Below, piece by piece: positions 57,538-64,000 of a DNA stretch of 64,000 nt. The notes beneath the pieces are model-generated. The model ran no database searches and was not told where the DNA came from. It saw nothing but the letters and a program-made list of their open reading frames with translations. Where the stretch lies: assembly GCA_963666315.2 (NCBI GenBank), contig CAXXHG010000036.1:73830-137829 (forward strand). The letters run 5' to 3'. A program made the translations under genes and the position numbers. The stretch's first letter is position 1; the number at the start of each line of letters is the position of its first letter. Origin of the DNA: Candidatus Binatia bacterium. GTDB taxonomy: Bacteria > Desulfobacterota > Binatia > Bin18.

Positions 57538-58197
57538 CTAACACGACCAAGGAGCCAAGCCATGCCGCCACCAGTAGAAACCGAACTTGATCAGTTCATT
57601 GATCACCTCTACCAAACCACCCTCGTGTTGCCACCAGTTATCAGGTCGAGAGCTCCAGACTGGGGGAGGGTCATAATACACGCTCACCCCACTACCAGCC
57701 AGATGCTGACGAATCACGCACAGCGCCCGGCGGCTATGGGACCAGTTGGTGACAATCAGGAGCCGGCGGAGACCTTTTTGGTGTACGGTTGTGGCTATCT
57801 GCCGCCCGTCCTCCCAGGTGCTGGTCGTTTTCAACAAATGGACGGCCTCCGCCGGAATCCCCTCCGCCAGAGCAAATTGGTAGGCGAACTGAGCCTCGGT
57901 AAAAGTGGTCCGCGCAGCGAACGCCCCATCTCCCGTATGCCACAATTCCGGCGCAAGGCCTTTTTTGTATAAGCTAATCCCGTGCGTCAGACGCTGGGGG
58001 CCACCTCCACCGAGCACGACGATGGCGTCCGCAGGTCTCGCTTGAGGCGACACCGCAAGCCAATACCCGATTCCAGGAAGCCACCATTGGGCCGTAAGCA
58101 GCAAAACCAGGGGTAGCAAGAAAAACAGCCCTAGGCAGCCGATCACCGCTCGATAAGAGCCAACAGCCACGCTGCTTCCCCTTATCGCATAGATCAC
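57538..58197 (-). CDS. YdcF/DUF218 family protein
   Basis: ADAIVVLGGG, STWED, VTNWSHSRRA. Confidence 0.85.
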   Translation of the reverse strand: MIYAIRGSSVAVGSYRAVIGCLGLFFLLPLVLLLTAQWWLPGIGYWLAVSPQARPADAIVVLGGGGPQRLTHGISLYKKGLAPELWHTGDGAFAARTTFTEAQFAYQFALAEGIPAEAVHLLKTTSTWEDGRQIATTVHQKGLRRLLIVTNWSHSRRALCVIRQHLAGSGVSVYYDPPPVWSSRPDNWWQHEGGLVEVINELIKFGFYWWRHGLAPWSC

Positions 58198-59063
58198 ATC
58201 AACCCCATTTGCCCTAGCTCCAGCCGAATCCCTTCGGCAAAGGAGTGCGGCTGATAGCCAAAATCCCGTTTGCTCTCCTCCCAGCTAAACGCTTTATCTT
58301 CATTCATGCGTTGGATTTGTTCAGCTTTGATTGGCAACGGGAAAGCAAGTCGTTCCACTGCCCGCAGCCCTGTCACTATGGGTGCCATCGGTACGTGGAT
58401 CTTCCATACTGGCCCGCCAAGGAGTTTACCGATGGTATCAATGACCTGATTATACGTCAGTGCCGTCGCTCCAGGGATATTATAGGCTTGCCCAATAGTC
58501 CCGTCCGTCGATATCGCTTGAAGAACGGCAGCCGCGACATCCTCGACATACACCGGCTGCTGTAGGTATTCTCCAGAGCCGAAGATGGGAATCACCGGCC
58601 ACCGCTTCAGATAACGGATCAGGCGACACATATTGCGATCTCGGATGCTGCCGTAAATCATCGTTGGCCGCAGGATCGTGTAGGCAAGACCACTCCGACG
58701 AATGTAGGCTTCCGCTGCCAGCCGGACTGATTTGCTAGGAGCATCAAGGGAGGTAAAGATTGCGGTCGTGCTCACAAAGATTGCCCGTTGCACCCGCGCG
58801 CCCACAGCAGCATTGACTATCTCTCTAGCATGACCAGATCCAAGTGAAGCAATATGGACAAGAACATCAATCTCTTGAAGAGCCTGCTCCACAACGACGG
58901 GGTTGTTCAGGTCGCCATAGACGAATTCTATGCGCTCAGCAGGAAGAACGCTTGTGTCGCTCGACTCCCGAACCAGACAACAGATTTGCGCCTGCTGCTG
59001 TAAGAGGAGCGGCACAACGTATGAACCCGTAAAGCCGGTCGCTCCAGTGACCAAAATCCTCAT
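58194..59063 (-). CDS. NAD-dependent epimerase/dehydratase family protein
   Basis: TGATGFTG, LRPTMIYG, QPVYVEDVA. Confidence 0.88.
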   Translation of the reverse strand: MRILVTGATGFTGSYVVPLLLQQQAQICCLVRESSDTSVLPAERIEFVYGDLNNPVVVEQALQEIDVLVHIASLGSGHAREIVNAAVGARVQRAIFVSTTAIFTSLDAPSKSVRLAAEAYIRRSGLAYTILRPTMIYGSIRDRNMCRLIRYLKRWPVIPIFGSGEYLQQPVYVEDVAAAVLQAISTDGTIGQAYNIPGATALTYNQVIDTIGKLLGGPVWKIHVPMAPIVTGLRAVERLAFPLPIKAEQIQRMNEDKAFSWEESKRDFGYQPHSFAEGIRLELGQMGLM

Positions 59064-60304
59064 CGGCTGCTGTCACCATACGCCGCAACCGCTTCCCGCA
59101 GGGCATCCATGTATGTAGCAGCAAGGGAACGACGTGAATACTGTTCGACAACAAACTGACGACCTCGTCGTCCCAGGGCACGCGCCTGATCTTGATGGGT
59201 ATACAGATGCAGCAATGCGTGGGCAATGGCCTCGCTATCCTCAGGCCCTACCACGACTGCCCCTCCAGACCGCTGCAAAATACTCGCAGGCTCTCCCCGC
59301 ACGCTGCCAACGATAGGCCGGGCCATGGCCATGATCTCGAACATTTTCGAGGGAAGAAACGTTTCGAAGAGCGGAATATTGCGCAAAGGGACCAGACAGA
59401 CATCAGCCAGCGCGTAGAACTCTTTAACTGCGGGCTTTGCGACAGGGTCAAGGAACTGAACATTCTCCAATTGCGCTTGCTGCGCCTGCTGAATGAGGGA
59501 GACCTTCTCGGCCCCTTCCCCAACAAAAAGGAAACGAATATCCGAGTGCTCGCGCAGTCGCCGGGCACTCTCTAGTATCCCTCCCAAGGCATGAGAAATC
59601 CCGTGGGCACCAATATAGAGCACGACGAACTTGCCCTCTAACCCGAGCCGTTGGGCTAGCTGAGGCGGCGGCTGTATTGGTTGCCAAAATTCCACATCCG
59701 CCCCATTGGGGACTGTCCAGACTTTTTCCGCTGGCACGCCGCGGTTTATTAAGTTACGACGAAAGGCTTCCGTGACCGTAACGACACGGGTGGCCTGACG
59801 GTAGAGGCCTAACTCCCAGCGCTCGAGCCACTGAATAAGATGGCGGTTCCGCAATATTCCTAGTTCCACAAAAATCGCCGGCCACAGATCACGTACCTCC
59901 ATAATGAAGGGTCGCCGGTAACGCCACCCAGCAGCTGCGGCTGCCATTGCTGCAAATAAGGTCGGCGAGGTGCCAATCACTACATCTGGAGTGCACAGGC
60001 GTCGATTGCTCAGGAAAAGGGAGGCAGGGAAATACGAGAGATGCCCCAGCGTCTTTTTGGCCATCCCTGAGTTTGGAGCGATATAGGTCCAATGACGGTG
60101 GACGCCAATACCATCTAACTCCTCGTACATGTAGAATCCGCGTTTATAGCCTGGATACACGGTTCCGGTAGGATGATTGGGAAAGCAGGTCACAACTTGG
60201 ACTGAATGGTCCAGCGCTAACCACTGTTGGGCAAAATCGTAAATCCGGGCAGACGGAGCGCCAATTTCCGGGGTAAAATAATGAGAATAATACGCAATAT
60301 TCAT
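59060..60304 (-). CDS. Glycosyltransferase family 4 (WbuB-like)
   Basis: YFTPEIGA, PNHPTG, EVRDLWP, PSKMFE. Confidence 0.9.
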   Translation of the reverse strand: MNIAYYSHYFTPEIGAPSARIYDFAQQWLALDHSVQVVTCFPNHPTGTVYPGYKRGFYMYEELDGIGVHRHWTYIAPNSGMAKKTLGHLSYFPASLFLSNRRLCTPDVVIGTSPTLFAAMAAAAAGWRYRRPFIMEVRDLWPAIFVELGILRNRHLIQWLERWELGLYRQATRVVTVTEAFRRNLINRGVPAEKVWTVPNGADVEFWQPIQPPPQLAQRLGLEGKFVVLYIGAHGISHALGGILESARRLREHSDIRFLFVGEGAEKVSLIQQAQQAQLENVQFLDPVAKPAVKEFYALADVCLVPLRNIPLFETFLPSKMFEIMAMARPIVGSVRGEPASILQRSGGAVVVGPEDSEAIAHALLHLYTHQDQARALGRRGRQFVVEQYSRRSLAATYMDALREAVAAYGDSSR

Positions 60305-60316
60305 GAAGAGTCAGGT

Positions 60317-62290
60317 TCATGTGTGGCGAGAGAGATGCAGCACCTGTTCGTGTTGTTCGGTGGTCACGATGATTTTCAGCTCAGCAGAGGCAGGGATAAT
60401 CTGCACGGCCGTCGCGGCATGTCTCGATATCAAATAACCATAACAAATGGGAAGCGATGAGTCTTGATAGAGCGTCAAAACCGTATTGGCTTGCCGTTGC
60501 CCGAATCTTTCCGAATACCATCCCTGACGCCTAGCATCCAGCTGTCCTTGTGTTATGGCAGAGTCCTGATGGCCGAATGCTGTCAGCCACAGCGGAGAAG
60601 AGCAGCCTTGTATCCGCCAGTGTGCCTCGTCTTTTACCTCTAAGGTCAGGGTCGGATGAAGATGCACATGGCTAGCAACGGTTGTCCGACCGTCGCCCTG
60701 CAGGTCATCAACAATGAGCCAAAAATATCCCTTTTTCCATATCACCGTACGTCGATGCGTCACCGCTACGGCTAAACGCTGGTAACCGTCGTGTTCAGCC
60801 TGCAATAGGGTATACGCATCTGTCGGCTGCCAGACAACGGCCCCTGGCTGCGCCCGACGCGCGACTCGGAAGCTACTCCAGACCTCCGACTGATTTTCCT
60901 GTGCCACTTCCACAGTATTGTGCGCCCGCGTCGAGCGAAAGTACTCCCGCCAGGGGCCAGCCGTATACTCATACACACCGGAATCGACCACGATACGCTG
61001 ATTATCAATCACCAATTCGTAGGACAGCAAATCAGCGTGGGCGTGAGCGGGTAAGTAATCTGGACAGGGTCGACCCGCATCGAAAATCAAATATTCACTG
61101 CGCGCCGCGTCTTGAAGAATATAATACCCGCTAGTAGGAAAGGCCTGACACCGGCCAGGTGCCTGAGGGACGCCCCAATGTCGAAATTTTTCCCACCCAG
61201 CCAGGCCAAAGAGGAGGAAAGGATAGAGACCAAAGGAGTCTGTCCGTTTATATGCCGGCTCGTCGGAGTATAAGGCTCCGGCTGCGAGGACATCGTGGGG
61301 AGCCGGGATGGCATCCCAGGCCGTATCTTTGAGGAGGGGCAAGTGCCCATCCGGCGGTAGAAGGGCACTCAGGTAGTCCAGCATACGGTGCAAACTGTTA
61401 TCGAGCCACCCAGGCACCGGTTTCTTATTCCGTCTCAGCCACAAGGCAATCTCGATACAGTCCTTTAACACGACCACGTGATAGCCCGGATTACGTTCAA
61501 AATGGCCACCATCCGTAAGCACCTGTTCAGCCAACTCTTGCTGCAGGAGGCACGATGCCTTTCGAAACCAGCCCTGCGGCTCCGCTCCATCAAAGGTGAG
61601 ACCCACCCAGAAGAGCGCCCGGATATTCTCCAAGAGATGATTACCACGCACATCAAACTCCAAGTCGGCAGCCAGGACTTGGGCTTGCTGATAGAGGCTA
61701 GTGAGGAAATGCTGACGAAAAGGTTCGTCAGCCCGCAACTGAGGCTTGAAGGCGAACGCGGCATGGAGCCAATTCACTATCCGCAAAGAAATCGTATACG
61801 GATGCCAGCCATCTCCTTCACAAGCTGGGTTCTCCTGTATCCACGCCCGAACCAGTTTCCGAAAAGTGGTGTAAGCGGCAAGCTCTTGCCCAGTTGCAGC
61901 CCAAATGAATAGATCCTGCGTATAGCCAAAATAGTGGAGATGATAACGCCAGAGTTGGCTCAGGCCTGGATCGTGCCAGCCGAGTCGATGCGGAAATTCC
62001 TCCAGCTGGTTCAAAAAGCAAAAGCGCTGCTGAGCAACAGCCTCGGCCCGTTCAAGCGCCAGCGAACACTCTTCTCCCCAAGGCCCGCTGAGCTTGATTT
62101 CGAGTAATCCCGCATAAAGAGGACACGGGTCAGCAAGCTGCCAGTGCACCGGGGGAAAAGCCCGACTTCCAATCAGCTTCCACCAGCGCCGGCGCAGCAG
62201 GCGCCGGCTCCGGTGAAACATCTGCGCAGCCGTGAGATAGCGCAGGGTCCACAGGAATAAACGTACTCGCGCGAGCTGCTTAATCCGCAA
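60317..62290 (-). CDS. Heparinase II/III family protein
   Basis: LWRYHLHY, GNHL, DGGHFE, HAHADLLS, RSTRAHNT, HDGY. Confidence 0.88.
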   Translation of the reverse strand: MRIKQLARVRLFLWTLRYLTAAQMFHRSRRLLRRRWWKLIGSRAFPPVHWQLADPCPLYAGLLEIKLSGPWGEECSLALERAEAVAQQRFCFLNQLEEFPHRLGWHDPGLSQLWRYHLHYFGYTQDLFIWAATGQELAAYTTFRKLVRAWIQENPACEGDGWHPYTISLRIVNWLHAAFAFKPQLRADEPFRQHFLTSLYQQAQVLAADLEFDVRGNHLLENIRALFWVGLTFDGAEPQGWFRKASCLLQQELAEQVLTDGGHFERNPGYHVVVLKDCIEIALWLRRNKKPVPGWLDNSLHRMLDYLSALLPPDGHLPLLKDTAWDAIPAPHDVLAAGALYSDEPAYKRTDSFGLYPFLLFGLAGWEKFRHWGVPQAPGRCQAFPTSGYYILQDAARSEYLIFDAGRPCPDYLPAHAHADLLSYELVIDNQRIVVDSGVYEYTAGPWREYFRSTRAHNTVEVAQENQSEVWSSFRVARRAQPGAVVWQPTDAYTLLQAEHDGYQRLAVAVTHRRTVIWKKGYFWLIVDDLQGDGRTTVASHVHLHPTLTLEVKDEAHWRIQGCSSPLWLTAFGHQDSAITQGQLDARRQGWYSERFGQRQANTVLTLYQDSSLPICYGYLISRHAATAVQIIPASAELKIIVTTEQHEQVLHLSRHT

Positions 62291-64000
62291 GAGCCGCCCT
62301 TTCTTCTCCTTCTCGAGCCGCCTCGACTTCTCCTTTCCTGTTCGGATTCACTGCTACCGACAGTCCTGTTTTGAGGGATTCCAACATAGCAAATGTAGAG
62401 AGCGTCGTGGTCGTAAGGGACGCAAAGGAGATAGGGAGTGGTCCCTCATTGTGCACCGCCGAGAGAAAGGCTACCCACTCCCCGCGATGACCTTTGTCTT
62501 GACGGAGACGGGACGTGAAGACTTTCTTACGGCCATGGCGGACTAATTCAAGGCGGCGAAAATCATCAAGCAGGGCTACCCTGCCACCACCGAAGACTTC
62601 GATGCGCTCCTTTGGAACCGAGCTATCACCATTGGCGACATACGTAATCGTCCCGACTGAGCCGTTCTCAAATTCAAGACTCGCCGTCACGTTATCATCT
62701 TGGTAACGGCCGTTGTTTGGGGTTGCCCAGGCATGCACGCGGACGGGCACGGCGTCAGTGAGAAAAGACAGAAAATCAACAAAGTGGCACACCTCACCAA
62801 TGATTCGGCCACCGCCCTGGGCAGGGTCGTGGACCCAGTGGTTGGGTGGAATATAGCCGGCATTGATTCGATAGTGCATAACCAATGGCTCCTTGATTTC
62901 GGAACAAAAGTCCTTCAACTGGCCTGCCATTGGAGCAAAGCGTCGGTTGTACCCCACCATAAGGATGAGAGACTGCGGGCTGACGAGGAGCGGCTGCCCA
63001 TCACTCTCCGTGCCATTCTGTAACTCCTGGGTGTCTTCATCTGACCGCAAAATGGCATACGCTTGAACGATCTGCGCCAATTCTTGTTCGTTTAAGCACA
63101 GCGGCTTTTCACAGAATATATGTTTGCCGGCCTTGAGCGCGGCCAGTACCTGACGGGCATGGAGATGGTGGCGGGTGGCAATGACGACCACCCTAACCTC
63201 AGAGTCGTCGAGAATCTCGTTCTCATCTGTCGTACAGTAGCGAAATCCAAATTTGTCACCGGCATGTCGAGCGCTCAGACCAGAAGCAGCGCAGACCCCA
63301 ATACAATCGAGGCCTGGAACTTTTTTCATCGCCGGGATCAAGGTCGCAGTCGCGAAGTTTCCTGCCCCAAGCAGGCCGACGGCAACACTCGCCCGCCGCT
63401 CAGGACTCCCTAGCGACAACGCAGCAGGAGGTTGGCTTAGGAGGTCAACACGTCGGATCAATTCGGAGGGAGATGCCGGACTTTTTGTGGAAGTCGTAGA
63501 AGTCCTTGAGGTCATGAAGGAAGGATAAGAGATCACAACCCCAAGAAAGGACTCGCCATCTTTGGCAGTAATGAGCTTGTAAGCTTCAGGTGCATTGTCT
63601 ATCGGAAAGCGATGCGTAATGCAGGATTTGACATCGACTTTCCCCGCTCCGAGGAGCTGCGCAAATGCCTGCATGTTCCGGTTTTCCGTCCAACGGACAT
63701 AGCCGATGGGGTAATCATGGCCTTTTTCTTCATACTCAGGGTCGTACCGGCCGGGGCCATAGGAACGGGATATCCGGAAGTCAATCTCTTTCTCATAGTA
63801 GGCAGGACGTGGAATCTGCAGCCCAACCGTTCCCACTGCCACAACAATTCCCCGCTCTCGCGTAATCTTTCCAGCCAATTCAACGGGTTGATGGCTTGGT
63901 GTCTCTGCCGTGATCAGGGTCGCATCAACTCCGTGGCCAGACGAGAGCTTAAAGACATCGGACACGAAGGTGTCGACATCGACTGCCGCAGCTTCAGCCC
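62280..64000 (-). CDS. Bi-domain oxidoreductase (Zn-ADH-like + Gfo/Idh/MocA), runs off window end
   Basis: SYGPGRYD, VRWTENRN, GAGNFA, EKP, VGYNRRF, GEVCHF. Confidence 0.9.
   Translation of the reverse strand, partial: AEAAAVDVDTFVSDVFKLSSGHGVDATLITAETPSHQPVELAGKITRERGIVVAVGTVGLQIPRPAYYEKEIDFRISRSYGPGRYDPEYEEKGHDYPIGYVRWTENRNMQAFAQLLGAGKVDVKSCITHRFPIDNAPEAYKLITAKDGESFLGVVISYPSFMTSRTSTTSTKSPASPSELIRRVDLLSQPPAALSLGSPERRASVAVGLLGAGNFATATLIPAMKKVPGLDCIGVCAASGLSARHAGDKFGFRYCTTDENEILDDSEVRVVVIATRHHLHARQVLAALKAGKHIFCEKPLCLNEQELAQIVQAYAILRSDEDTQELQNGTESDGQPLLVSPQSLILMVGYNRRFAPMAGQLKDFCSEIKEPLVMHYRINAGYIPPNHWVHDPAQGGGRIIGEVCHFVDFLSFLTDAVPVRVHAWATPNNGRYQDDNVTASLEFENGSVGTITYVANGDSSVPKERIEVFGGGRVALLDDFRRLELVRHGRKKVFTSRLRQDKGHRGEWVAFLSAVHNEGPLPISFASLTTTTLSTFAMLESLKTGLSVAVNPNRKGEVEAAREGEERAALAD

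Overview
64 kb of bacterial chromosome, probably from an uncultured deltaproteobacterial-type lineage. The gene style resembles Candidatus Binatia, but this is an inference. No rRNA, tRNA or CRISPR array was seen. (1) 1-21.6 kb is catabolic: two M20 amidohydrolases, ilvD, CoA transferases, acyl-CoA dehydrogenase, SDRs, four luciferase-like (LLM) oxidoreductases, MmgE/PrpD, an exported triple OB-fold repeat protein, a sigma54-type microprotein gene and a PAS-XRE regulator. (2) 21.8-29.9 kb is an eroded accessory island: a broken DUF3391-HPt-receiver gene, an amidase with an internal deletion, orphan flgM, a phage-type DNA methyltransferase, three co-oriented Tn7/Mu-like end sequences and an SGNH gene bracketed by integron-type core sites. 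(3) 29.9-42.4 kb is aromatic catabolism: a DUF4188/carotenoid oxygenase/TetR unit with a triple operator, and boxC-boxB-benzoate CoA ligase with no boxA or boxR but a divergent PaaX-type regulator. (4) 42.6-64 kb holds a CdaA-YbbR fusion, DegT, manC, higBA and a surface polysaccharide locus. Many genes carry in-frame stops, indels or abrupt truncation junctions. Without reads, genome decay cannot be separated from sequencing or assembly error.
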